Positions 28,553 to 38,886 of a stretch of 64,000 nucleotides of DNA are shown piece after piece. This stretch comes from Methylotenera sp. (GTDB taxonomy: Bacteria > Pseudomonadota > Gammaproteobacteria > Burkholderiales > Methylophilaceae), in NCBI GenBank assembly GCA_031373695.1, contig JANMNC010000199.1, forward strand, positions 162-64,161. Direction: 5' to 3'. The notes under the pieces are model-generated. The model worked only from the letters and a program-made list of their open reading frames with translations, did no database searches and had not been told where the DNA came from. The translations under genes were made by a program, and so were the position numbers. Within the stretch, counting starts at the first letter, position 1. Every line of letters starts with the position of its first letter.

Positions 28553-31500
28553 TTAGTTGCCAATACTAATAACCTCTACATTAATAATAGACGGCAACAC
28601 AGGTTTTACAAATGGTTGACTAGCTGATTGTGCTACGCTTTGAGCAACCGCAGCTGTGGCAGAATTTATTGCATCTGGCGACAGGCCAGCACTTACCCCT
28701 GCCAAGTTTGAACTTGCAGCTATAGGCACGCCAGATGAAGCACCCTGCACTTGAATGTTTGCAGCATTAAGTACTATTGGCGCCACAATTAATAAATCTC
28801 CCGCCTCAATGCCTGCCTCACCCGCATCTACCACGGGTGCCACCAAGTAAACATCACCTTTTTTGGGTTCTAGCTCTGGGTTATTTGGGCCGTCTGGGTC
28901 ATAACTTTGTGCGCGAATGCCACTACCTGTCGCGGTTCCACGCACCTCTACAGTTGTATTGCCAAATGCATCCGTTTGCACGATACGTTGTGGGGTAGAA
29001 GTGGCCGATTTAGCGCCTTTACCTGCATCAATAGTGCCAGTGTTAGACCACATCACAATATCGCTGCCAAATTGAGTAATCACTTTTGATTGGTTCACCT
29101 CAATATTTTTATCGGCAATCACACGAATAGGCCCACTTTTTTCTGTAATTACGCCAATATCTTGGCCAGCGATACTACCGCTGGTAACGCCTGGCGCACC
29201 AATAATTACCTCGCCACCTGGCGCTAAAATATCAATGCTACCGCCACTGTTAGTACTAATTTTACTGTTAAACAGCAAAACATCACCCAGATTTTTAGTT
29301 GGAAATAGTGTTGCTAGGGCTGAATCGCCACGGTTATGATTGCCCGCCCTTGCAAAACCCAGTGCCGATGCAACTAACTCTGTACTGATATGACGATTGG
29401 CAAATATGGTTTTGTTTTCTACACTTGAACCGTTAAATGCGGCCAAAGCCGCTGCATCGGTATACGGTGTGTCACTGGTTTTTTGCGTGTTGCGCATATA
29501 CGCGGTTAAAGCTTGCGTAGTTGCCAATCTGTAAACAGCTAAATCTGCAGTTTTGTTTTGCAACGCTGCAGGGCCAGCGCCTGTGAGTAAAATATATTGA
29601 TCAATGTAGCCTTGCACATTTGCACCCTTACCCAAGCCTGCCTGCATGGTAATAGATGCACCATTGCTAGGTAATGCCGCATTTTGCGTATTGCCAACAG
29701 CATTAATGGTTGAGGGTAATGGTGAGACTAAATCGATATTACGTGACGCTTGTACTAACAGTTCGCCTGGCCCGCTAATGTTGACGGTTTGCGTTTTAAC
29801 ATCATTACCTGCTTTAATTAAACTAATGTCGCTAGCATTGTTATGCTGCACGTTTAGTTGCAAACCTACAATGTCATCACCCGCCACAAATCTAGCATAT
29901 TTAGGCAGATCAATATCAAGGTTTTTCGCAAAAATTGCGCCTTGATTAGCCACCACTAATACGGGCTCTGTTGCGTTTTTATGCAACAATTGTGGCGCAT
30001 GATTTTTAAGTTCTTTATCAAACAATTCTATATTTGTTTGATTGAGCGGGTTTTTAATGCTACCTACGTTTGCCAAATCAGCATCTGACATCAAAATACC
30101 AAATGTTTGTACATTATTAGCCGCTAATAAGTTTAACTCACCCGTTGCTGAAGGTAACAGCACTGTTGGTTTTCCGTCGGTCTCGCTGCCAAATGTGATG
30201 TCACCATTAAATGCCACAGCATTTACTTTACTGGGGTAATAACGCAAACTTTGACTAGCGTTCACATTGATAGGTTTTGGGTCAGCGATTCTTCTACTCA
30301 CACTATCAACTGGCGTTCGACCAAATATAACATTTTCTTGCAAACTAGAAACAGTCACTTTAGCTGTATCAGAATACGAGTTGTAAAAGCTACTGGTGCT
30401 TTTGTCATTAATTGAATTGTCGTTCGTTCTTGATTGCGCTAACAGCGTTGGATTAACCACTGTTTCAATATAGGCACTTTTATTTGCATTCACTTCAAAA
30501 GTACCGTCTTGCAAAGCTAACACAGTGCCAAACGTACTTTCAGTTTTATCAATACTGCCGCCAGCACTTATTTCGCCAGCGCCTTTGGCTACAAAATAAA
30601 CCCCATTAGTAATATCCCCTGCAGCTTTTACTAACACATCTCCGCCGCCATCAATGACTTGGTTTCCCGCATTATCATTAGCGCCATTCGTATCAAAACG
30701 TGCTGTTGTGGCAGCAGATACTGAAAAATTACTAATGTTTTTACCAGCATTGACAGTCACATTACCGCCACCTAGTGTGGCCGTGCTTTGTTGAAATTTA
30801 TCTGGGCGTACCCACCAAGTGGTGTCTCTGTTATCGGCACCACCTTGACGGAACAGCCAATTATTAATCAATTGGCGTGGTGTAGTCGTAGACTCACCTC
30901 CTACAATATTGCCTTTGGTGTAAATATTAATGTCACCACCATCAGTCAAATACAGAGGATTTAAACTACTAATTGGTGCACTAAAATCTGCCAGTGGCGT
31001 CGCATTGCGGCCCGCTGTATAAATTACAGAGCCAGTGCCACCCATTTTTAAATCGCCCGCCGCAGCAACATTAATATCGCCTGTGCCTGTTCGTACGCCT
31101 TTGTTATTAGCTATCACCACATGACCAATTGGTGTTGCGCCAGCCAATGTTTCATTGGTATTTAATTGGTTGGCCGCACTAAAATCTGCACCAGCAACTA
31201 AGTTGAGCGCCCAAGAAGCAATGCCTTGTAAACCTGTTGCATCTTTTGCAGCAGTACCTGCTGCTCCTGGTATCAATACGTCTCCATTTTCATCCAAAAC
31301 ATCTGGTATAGCTGGCACTTCTGGTGTTGCTGGCGAGCTAAGCTCAGCTAAATTATTGCTACTGAATCCATCACTTAATGTACCTTTAACATTAATATCT
31401 TTAGCTGCGCGCAAACTTAATACACCCGCAACCAAATTACCATTAGCGTTAAAGCCGTTTTGTAAAGCAGTTGTATCGGTAACACCTACACCTGTTTTAG

Positions 31501-34500
31501 CGTCAAAACGCCAATCATGCAAGGATAAGCCAGCTACTGGAACTGATAAGCCACCATTTTTGTTCACCACATCGACTTCTGGGCTAATTGAAAAAAGTGC
31601 GTTATTAGCAATATTTAAGCGATTTAATCCGCGTGTTGCGTCATTATTAACGCTTTGCATAAAGCTTTCTGCTTCTTTGTAAAAGCCAGTGGCAGCGGTT
31701 TTAGATAAATCAGTCGCACTTAAGCTGTAGTCAGCGCCAGTTTTTTCGTAGACTTTTTCACCCACTAAATTGACCTTGTCTTTCACCCCCACAAATGTCG
31801 TGCCTATTTGTGCAATTTCTATATCTTTGTTATCTAAGGTGCGTGGTGCGGTAATAGTTACATCACCACCTGCACCGTTTGTACCACCGCTTACATCAAT
31901 TTGTGAGCCTATTTTAAAGTTTAATAAATCGGGCGTATTGTCTAAGGTCGCTGCTGTAGCGCTTATTTTTACTTGGCCGCCCACCTCATTTAGCTTAGTG
32001 CTGTTCGCTTTTAGCTTAGCGGTCGCTTCGAGCGTAACGCCATTACCGGCGTACAAACTAATCTGACTGTTTTTAGGTGCAGTAGCAATCACATCACCTG
32101 TCACAATTATTTTGCCTGTGTCTGCACTCACTTCAATATCGCGTGCTGTTAGCGCATTGACACCCGCCCCTGCAATGGCTACATCACCATTACGCACACG
32201 GTAATTACGTTTTTCGCTAAAGCCAGTTGCAAGGTTATCGGTTGCAGTTAAAGCAGCCAAGTTGTTAACATCTACTTGCAGCTCGCCGCCTTTACCTGTG
32301 CCTGTTGCAGCGCCTTTTAATTGCCCGGTAATATTTGCTGTGCCAGATGTTGCCAACACTTTTACCACACCTGCATTGGCATTGCCTTCGCTAGAAACAT
32401 CCACCATGGCGCCAGCTTTTACATTCACATTACCAGCGGTAGAGTTTAACGTGACATTGCCAGCATTAGATTGAATTGCTGCAATATCAAAATCAACCTT
32501 ATTAGATTTAGCGCTAATGTTTGCGCCATTTTCAATATTTAAATCACCTGTTTTAGAAGTTAATACTAGCTGGCCAGAAGCTAAATCGATATTGCTAGCC
32601 ACGGTTAAATTGTCTGCCTCAATACCCAATTTGGCACCAAAGCCAACTTTTTCTACTGGTTTTGCAGTAACTAATTTGGTAATTTCTAAATTGTTGGCGT
32701 TGATTTTGTAATCTGCTGCGGTATCGCCCGTAATAACGCCTGTATTTAATTTGGCATTGGCTACATTAAATTTTGTTTCTCCAATATTTGCTACGCGCAG
32801 CGCATCTGTATTCACATCTAGCTTGGTGTAACCTTCGACTTCAGTTTTACCTGCATTTATATTGGTGTTACTGGCAAGCTTACCTTCTAGCTTAACGCTA
32901 TTGGCATTAATGGCTAAAGCACGTCCAGATGCGTTTGTTGGCGCAAGTAATGTCGCGCCTGATGTATTTTTGAGCGTTAAGTTGTTTGCAGTAATTATTA
33001 CCGCCTGCGCATTTGCAGCAACACTGGCCGCAGTTTCGCCTGAGGCTAAATTACCAACAATACCAGCCGCATCAATCGTTAAATCTAGTTTATTGTTGCC
33101 AAAATTAATCGCGCCAAATGTATCTACATTGCTATAACTGTTTAAAGCTAAAGCTTTTAATTGACCAAGAGCGGCTAAGCTCGCAGCGTTTACGTTCAGA
33201 CCAACTGTGCCAACAGGCGCATTACCAATTAAAAGTCGATTTGCGCCCAACGTGGCGCTGCCACCATCTTGCAATGTCACATTACCATTTAAATTGGCTA
33301 CTTTCGTAGCATCTAATACCACTGAATTGCCTGCCGCAAGTGTACTGCCAGCCTCAATATCTAGCACACCTTGTGCAGCATTTGATCCATTCACTCGACT
33401 GTAACTAATATCATTAGCAGAAGACAATGCCAATAAAGCACCCTGGCCATTAGTCGCTATTGTCATTTTAGTAGGCGTTGTAGAGGCCAATCCCGTGTCA
33501 ATAGCTGCACCTGTTTTTACGGTCACTTGATCAGTGGCAGCAGCTATAAAAGTTTGGGTTTTAACTACGTCTGTACTGTTATTTTCAATGGTAACGGTTT
33601 TAGCTCTTGTGCTAATTTCGTTCACGCCATCTGCGTTTAATTTACTAATACCACCCAGCAACACACTTTCTGCGTTTAGGTTATTAATACTACTTGCAGT
33701 TAATTGCAGGCTGGTGGTATCACTCGCATCGTTATTGCTAACCACGCGAATATTATCTGATGCAATATCCACCTGCAAGCCAATACCATTTTTACCTTTT
33801 TCTGCAATCACAGTGGCATCTAATTTTAGGTTTGCTGCATCTAAACTAAGTTTACCCGCATCTACTGGCAGGCTAACTTTTTTGCCGTCCGTATTAAAAG
33901 GGTTGCTAAAATAATCAGTTAAATTGCTTAGTAAATATTGCGATGGTGCTTTTGATATGGTGCCTGCTGCAGGACGGAAAATTGCGCCGTCGGTCACTTT
34001 AAAAGTACTCCAATTGGCATCACGCGCTCCCGTGCCCGCATCAGCAAAATAGCCAGTGGTTAAATTAGCACCATCTAATTGTGGTGCTGTTAAGCCCGGT
34101 AATAAGTTGGTGGTTTGTTTGGCTTGCACCATAAAAGCGCCTGGCACTAATGCATAGCGCGCTGGCAGCAAGGTGTAAGTGCCTGTGGCTAAGCCTGGCA
34201 CACCTGTTAAAAATACCGACTGACCAACACCAACTGGCTGCAAGGTATTATTATAGGCAATATCTACTGGCGCAAAATCAGCACCTATATTGGGTATTAC
34301 CGCATAAGTATTGGCTTGTTTTAACACATCATCGGTGCCGCCAAGGCCTGATATAAACTCGTATGAAAACAACGCCCCTGTTGATGATAAGTCAAGCACC
34401 GCGTCTTTTTGCAGGTCTACATTCTTAGAAACAATATCAATACGTTTTTCAACTAAGTTTGTATCTAACGGGTTTAAATCTTTACCACCTTTTTGTGTTT

Positions 34501-37500
34501 GTAAAAACGGAATACTTAAATTATTGGCCGAAATTGAAGTTTTACTTGCCGCCGTTAAGGTGACAGATTCTTTGCCTTCTAGTTTAATCGTACCAAACGG
34601 TGCAGTTAAATTACCATTTTGTACGATGTCATCGGCTTTAAATACTAAGCCGCCATTAGCCGATAATACGGGTTTTGCGCTGGCACCATTACTATTGATG
34701 GTAATTTTGCTACCATCGCCAACCGCCTCAAATTTAAGTTCATCTGGCTTAGAAATATCCAGTGCAGCTGTATTTGGAAAGATTTGTCTTGCAGTTAAAT
34801 CAATGACACCATTAGCTGTTACGTTACCTTGGCCATGAATATCTAAGGCAGTATTGATGGTTGTTTTGTTCACCCCAGCAATCACGGTTGCACCCTCAAT
34901 GTAAGTTTGGGTTGATTGCGTAGATAACTGACCACTGCCACTGTTTAATAAATTAGTATCCACAGCTACCACTGGGCTTTTAAACGTAATATGGTTTGCG
35001 GTCAGCTGCGCTATGCCGTTATCTTTCACTTTAATAACGGGTGTTTCTAGCTTTAGATTACCTGTTAATTTTAAGTCTAAACCATCTGCCAGTTCAATTA
35101 CGCTAGCGGGGGTAACATTGCTACGAAACGATTTAACGCTTAAATTTGCAAAGCCGCCCTCAGTTATTTGCTGGGCAGATATTTGTGCTTTAAGTAATGC
35201 AGTATCCGTTTCAGATGGTACCTCAGCATCTGCAATAGTTGGCTTAATGGCGCCGCCTGTGTTTAAGCTAGTTGCTTGCAATACTTTTTGCTGGGTAATA
35301 ACAAAGCTACCGCTGCCGTTGGGGTAGGCATTAGTTAAATTAAATTCTTGTGGTGCAAGGCTTAAATTTAATGTGCCATCACGTCCAGTGCCAGTTGCCG
35401 CGCCTTTTAAATCACCATCTATTAGCAAACTGCCTATGCCTGTTAGGTTAATGGTACCTGCATCACCGTGTAAAGTTGTTCTTGCAAACCCTGTTGCAGT
35501 TTGTACATCATTGGTAATTGCAGCACCAGATACATCTAATAATGCACCTTGTTTAATAATGACTGCGCCTTTTTGCACGGTCTCTGGGGGTGATTGATTA
35601 ATGTTAATGGTGCCTGCATTAAATACTTGGGTTTTAAGTAAATCGTCTTGTGAACCTGGCAGTGTTAATGTGCTACCCAATGCGCTTAAAATAGATTTTT
35701 CACCAATAAACACAGTTTGGGTGGGGTCTTCATCCACATTCAGATCACTATCATTTAACCGTATGTTAATTGTGCCACTGGGCGTTGTAATATCGCCCAA
35801 CACATTCACTTGTTTACCTGCCGCTAAACTTACGCTACCCCCTCTATCAGTGCGAATAGTCGTATTTTCAGCTAATGTTAAAACGCCTCCTAGCCTATCA
35901 GGCGTGATATTTGCAGTAAAAGTAAGTGATACAGGTTTGCGTGTGGTTTCAGGCTGCACAGCAGTATTGGCAACGCTTGCCAGTGTTGGCGTACCTGCCT
36001 TATTTGTAAAGCCTGCGTTAAATTGCCAAGTTTCGGCAGCTGCATAAACTTCTTGCGCGGGGCCAACGTTATCGCCAATATTTACATTTAAGCCCGATAA
36101 ATTAATATTAGAAAAACCACCAGCACTAAAAAATTGATTACTAATATCTATATCGGTTGAACTGGTGTTTGGGTTGCCTAAAATATTTAAATTTTGGTCA
36201 AAATAATTAATCGCAAGTGTGCCACCCTTATCAAAACCATACGCTTGTAGCGTAACACTGTCATCTAATTTGCTGTTGCTTATAAAATCAATACTGCCAG
36301 CTGCGCCTTGTTTAACAAGGCCCGCGCTGGTTACATGCGCCCCAGCCGATGTGTCAATCAATACGTTTTTACCAAGCACTAGGTTGCCGATGCTAAAACG
36401 GCCACCGTTAATGGCAGGTGTGGCTGAATATTGCCCTACAATACCTGGCCTATCGTTGGTAAATGTGCCCGCTGTAATAACCGTTACACCATCTGCAATA
36501 CTCGTAACACCAACTGGCGCAACCCCAGTAGGTTTATTGGTAACATTACTGTTTGGTGCAATAATATTGGCATTTATTTGTGTATTGCCGCTTAAAAGCA
36601 GCTCGCTGCTGTAATTGGTTTTTGAGAAACCATCAAAAAATTCTTCACCCGCTTTAATGTTTAATTCGGTATTGATTACAAGGCTATTTTGACCTCCGAG
36701 TGCGATACGATAAAAACCGTTATCTAAAAAATCATTACTAATAACCGATTTAAAGTCATCGTCTAGCTTTTGGTTAAAATTAAAGTTATCAGCTAGATTT
36801 TTCGCAATTTTTGCCACTTCCAAGTCTGCAGCACCTGTTATAAGTTTTCCGCCTGCTGGTAAGTGATTACTAATTATTTGTTGCAAACCTGGCTTTGTGT
36901 TTGCCAGTATTTGGCCTGCAAGCACCACATTTTTTGAACGGGTATCTCCTTGCACTGTGGTAAATGTGCCTGCGTCACCACCTTCTAAATAGCTATTTAC
37001 CTGCGTGCCAACTATAAATGATTTAAGGGCCTTTTTACTGGTATCTTTAGTAATTTTTCCCCACTCTCTAGTGTCGCTTCCACTTAGCGCCCATACGCGA
37101 CCTGTGCCTGTTTTAGCATCAATATCAGTATAAGTATCAACGGTTTTATCGTAGGGCACACCTACTTTTGCCTCTGAAATAGGCACTAACTTACCGTTCA
37201 ATAACAGATTAGTTTCTTTAATGGTGCCTGCTGCGTAGGTTGTAGAACCACCAGATACATCTAATACAGAGCCTTTGCTCAAAATCACATCTTGCGGCGC
37301 GGCTAACGTAATAGTGCCGGCATCTGTAAGCGCTTCTGCTAGCGTTACCGTTTTAAGTTTTTCAAAAGGCTTAGTGTCTATTAGCTCAGTACCTTTTCTT
37401 AAATCAATATATACCTGCGCTTTATTTAAGCCACTATCGCGCAAAATAGGATTATCTTTGTTTTGATCTGAAAATAATTCTGGGTCAATTTGGTTGCGCG

Positions 37501-38830
37501 ACATGGGTGCTGTTGCATCTACTCCAGATACATCAATTTTTGCATTTTCACCCAGAAAAATACGCTGACTAACTGGGCTAGCTAATTTGCTTGCCGCGTT
37601 AAAGAGTGCAGAAACAGTCACGTTGCCGCTTTTTGCGCTGACTAAACCGTCAATATTAACTAGACTTGCCTCAATTTTGATGTCTGATTTTTTTAAAGTA
37701 CCAGTACCGCTTTCAACTACTAGCTCACCAGCATCATTCTTGACTAAATACTGAAAGGCTTGCTGCCTAGAAATTTCTTCTTTATCGTCTAGCTCTGGTG
37801 TAACTTGGGTGACGCTATTTTTTGCCAAAGTTACAATACCATCACGATTACCAATAGCCTGGTTACTCTCAAGCCTTACGCTATCTTGCGCTAGTAAATG
37901 GATTGAGCCATTGGCGCGCACTGAGGTGGTGGCGGTTAATGTACCCTGTTGGTTTACTGCTAAACCCATCATGGTAATATTGCCGCGCTCTGCAACAATT
38001 TTACCTAAGTTAGTTGCAGTACCACCGCCATCTACTTCTACCAAAAAGCCTGCAGGGTCTTTACTACTGGCTAAAAATACCTTTTTACCTGCGGCTAATA
38101 TGGTTTGCCCATCAGGCGTATTAATGACACCACTATTTTCTACATTCTCGGCAAATAAAACCACCTTGCCACCTGGTAGTGCATTAATTTGTGCTCCAGA
38201 TTCTACCTTTACCCCAGTTTTAACAGCACCCGTGACTATTTCACCCACGGCGGTAAATACTTGTTTAAAAGTACTATCAGAGTTAATAAAACCTGTATTA
38301 AATAACTCATCGGTAATATCAAGCGTGCCCGCATAAATTGAGCCCACATTAAATTGTGCGTTAGCACCAAAAATAATACCGTTAGTATTGATAAAATATA
38401 GATTGCCTTTAGCGTTTACGTTGCCATTTAATATACTAGGGCTTAAATCGTGAATACGATTTAATAAACTTTGACCGCGCAACATATCAACATTAAAGTT
38501 TTGCCCAGCACCTAGGTTTAAACGGTTGTAATCAATGACAGCCACATTCGCTATTTGCTTAAAGTTAATATTATTCGCATCCGAGCTTGTGATGCTGATT
38601 TTAGAAGTATCAATGGTTTTAATACTAATACCTGCAGGCAAAACTACTTCGGCCAAGGCATAATCAGCTATTAAAAAGCTGATTAAAAATGTAAATACCA
38701 TGGCGGGTTTGCACTGTTTACGAGCACGGCGACTACTTTTACCGCCACGATTTCGCGCTGCCTCAGAAACTGGTACAACCATATTAAGCACACGGCTAAA
38801 CACTAATTTATAAATACCTTGATTCATCAC
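28553..38830 (-). CDS. Giant filamentous haemagglutinin-like TpsA exoprotein with C-terminal DUF3739-like domain
   Basis: ESPR extended signal (MNQGIYKLVFSR...PVSE), TPS domain (LNRI...SILNG...INTNGIIFG), beta-helix repeats, YTLLPARYAL motif and C-terminal IDAGKGAK...VDAGEAGI; 3425 aa. Confidence 0.9.
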   Translation of the reverse strand: MMNQGIYKLVFSRVLNMVVPVSEAARNRGGKSSRRARKQCKPAMVFTFLISFLIADYALAEVVLPAGISIKTIDTSKISITSSDANNINFKQIANVAVIDYNRLNLGAGQNFNVDMLRGQSLLNRIHDLSPSILNGNVNAKGNLYFINTNGIIFGANAQFNVGSIYAGTLDITDELFNTGFINSDSTFKQVFTAVGEIVTGAVKTGVKVESGAQINALPGGKVVLFAENVENSGVINTPDGQTILAAGKKVFLASSKDPAGFLVEVDGGGTATNLGKIVAERGNITMMGLAVNQQGTLTATTSVRANGSIHLLAQDSVRLESNQAIGNRDGIVTLAKNSVTQVTPELDDKEEISRQQAFQYLVKNDAGELVVESGTGTLKKSDIKIEASLVNIDGLVSAKSGNVTVSALFNAASKLASPVSQRIFLGENAKIDVSGVDATAPMSRNQIDPELFSDQNKDNPILRDSGLNKAQVYIDLRKGTELIDTKPFEKLKTVTLAEALTDAGTITLAAPQDVILSKGSVLDVSGGSTTYAAGTIKETNLLLNGKLVPISEAKVGVPYDKTVDTYTDIDAKTGTGRVWALSGSDTREWGKITKDTSKKALKSFIVGTQVNSYLEGGDAGTFTTVQGDTRSKNVVLAGQILANTKPGLQQIISNHLPAGGKLITGAADLEVAKIAKNLADNFNFNQKLDDDFKSVISNDFLDNGFYRIALGGQNSLVINTELNIKAGEEFFDGFSKTNYSSELLLSGNTQINANIIAPNSNVTNKPTGVAPVGVTSIADGVTVITAGTFTNDRPGIVGQYSATPAINGGRFSIGNLVLGKNVLIDTSAGAHVTSAGLVKQGAAGSIDFISNSKLDDSVTLQAYGFDKGGTLAINYFDQNLNILGNPNTSSTDIDISNQFFSAGGFSNINLSGLNVNIGDNVGPAQEVYAAAETWQFNAGFTNKAGTPTLASVANTAVQPETTRKPVSLTFTANITPDRLGGVLTLAENTTIRTDRGGSVSLAAGKQVNVLGDITTPSGTINIRLNDSDLNVDEDPTQTVFIGEKSILSALGSTLTLPGSQDDLLKTQVFNAGTININQSPPETVQKGAVIIKQGALLDVSGAAITNDVQTATGFARTTLHGDAGTINLTGIGSLLIDGDLKGAATGTGRDGTLNLSLAPQEFNLTNAYPNGSGSFVITQQKVLQATSLNTGGAIKPTIADAEVPSETDTALLKAQISAQQITEGGFANLSVKSFRSNVTPASVIELADGLDLKLTGNLKLETPVIKVKDNGIAQLTANHITFKSPVVAVDTNLLNSGSGQLSTQSTQTYIEGATVIAGVNKTTINTALDIHGQGNVTANGVIDLTARQIFPNTAALDISKPDELKFEAVGDGSKITINSNGASAKPVLSANGGLVFKADDIVQNGNLTAPFGTIKLEGKESVTLTAASKTSISANNLSIPFLQTQKGGKDLNPLDTNLVEKRIDIVSKNVDLQKDAVLDLSSTGALFSYEFISGLGGTDDVLKQANTYAVIPNIGADFAPVDIAYNNTLQPVGVGQSVFLTGVPGLATGTYTLLPARYALVPGAFMVQAKQTTNLLPGLTAPQLDGANLTTGYFADAGTGARDANWSTFKVTDGAIFRPAAGTISKAPSQYLLSNLTDYFSNPFNTDGKKVSLPVDAGKLSLDAANLKLDATVIAEKGKNGIGLQVDIASDNIRVVSNNDASDTTSLQLTASSINNLNAESVLLGGISKLNADGVNEISTRAKTVTIENNSTDVVKTQTFIAAATDQVTVKTGAAIDTGLASTTPTKMTIATNGQGALLALSSANDISYSRVNGSNAAQGVLDIEAGSTLAAGNSVVLDATKVANLNGNVTLQDGGSATLGANRLLIGNAPVGTVGLNVNAASLAALGQLKALALNSYSNVDTFGAINFGNNKLDLTIDAAGIVGNLASGETAASVAANAQAVIITANNLTLKNTSGATLLAPTNASGRALAINANSVKLEGKLASNTNINAGKTEVEGYTKLDVNTDALRVANIGETKFNVANAKLNTGVITGDTAADYKINANNLEITKLVTAKPVEKVGFGAKLGIEADNLTVASNIDLASGQLVLTSKTGDLNIENGANISAKSNKVDFDIAAIQSNAGNVTLNSTAGNVNVKAGAMVDVSSEGNANAGVVKVLATSGTANITGQLKGAATGTGKGGELQVDVNNLAALTATDNLATGFSEKRNYRVRNGDVAIAGAGVNALTARDIEVSADTGKIIVTGDVIATAPKNSQISLYAGNGVTLEATAKLKANSTKLNEVGGQVKISATAATLDNTPDLLNFKIGSQIDVSGGTNGAGGDVTITAPRTLDNKDIEIAQIGTTFVGVKDKVNLVGEKVYEKTGADYSLSATDLSKTAATGFYKEAESFMQSVNNDATRGLNRLNIANNALFSISPEVDVVNKNGGLSVPVAGLSLHDWRFDAKTGVGVTDTTALQNGFNANGNLVAGVLSLRAAKDINVKGTLSDGFSSNNLAELSSPATPEVPAIPDVLDENGDVLIPGAAGTAAKDATGLQGIASWALNLVAGADFSAANQLNTNETLAGATPIGHVVIANNKGVRTGTGDINVAAAGDLKMGGTGSVIYTAGRNATPLADFSAPISSLNPLYLTDGGDINIYTKGNIVGGESTTTPRQLINNWLFRQGGADNRDTTWWVRPDKFQQSTATLGGGNVTVNAGKNISNFSVSAATTARFDTNGANDNAGNQVIDGGGDVLVKAAGDITNGVYFVAKGAGEISAGGSIDKTESTFGTVLALQDGTFEVNANKSAYIETVVNPTLLAQSRTNDNSINDKSTSSFYNSYSDTAKVTVSSLQENVIFGRTPVDSVSRRIADPKPINVNASQSLRYYPSKVNAVAFNGDITFGSETDGKPTVLLPSATGELNLLAANNVQTFGILMSDADLANVGSIKNPLNQTNIELFDKELKNHAPQLLHKNATEPVLVVANQGAIFAKNLDIDLPKYARFVAGDDIVGLQLNVQHNNASDISLIKAGNDVKTQTVNISGPGELLVQASRNIDLVSPLPSTINAVGNTQNAALPSNGASITMQAGLGKGANVQGYIDQYILLTGAGPAALQNKTADLAVYRLATTQALTAYMRNTQKTSDTPYTDAAALAAFNGSSVENKTIFANRHISTELVASALGFARAGNHNRGDSALATLFPTKNLGDVLLFNSKISTNSGGSIDILAPGGEVIIGAPGVTSGSIAGQDIGVITEKSGPIRVIADKNIEVNQSKVITQFGSDIVMWSNTGTIDAGKGAKSATSTPQRIVQTDAFGNTTVEVRGTATGSGIRAQSYDPDGPNNPELEPKKGDVYLVAPVVDAGEAGIEAGDLLIVAPIVLNAANIQVQGASSGVPIAASSNLAGVSAGLSPDAINSATAAVAQSVAQSASQPFVKPVLPSIINVEVISIGN

Positions 38831-38886
38831 AAACTCCTTAACACTGCTTTAAATTAATGCTTTAATCGCCTGCTTAAAAATAAGCT

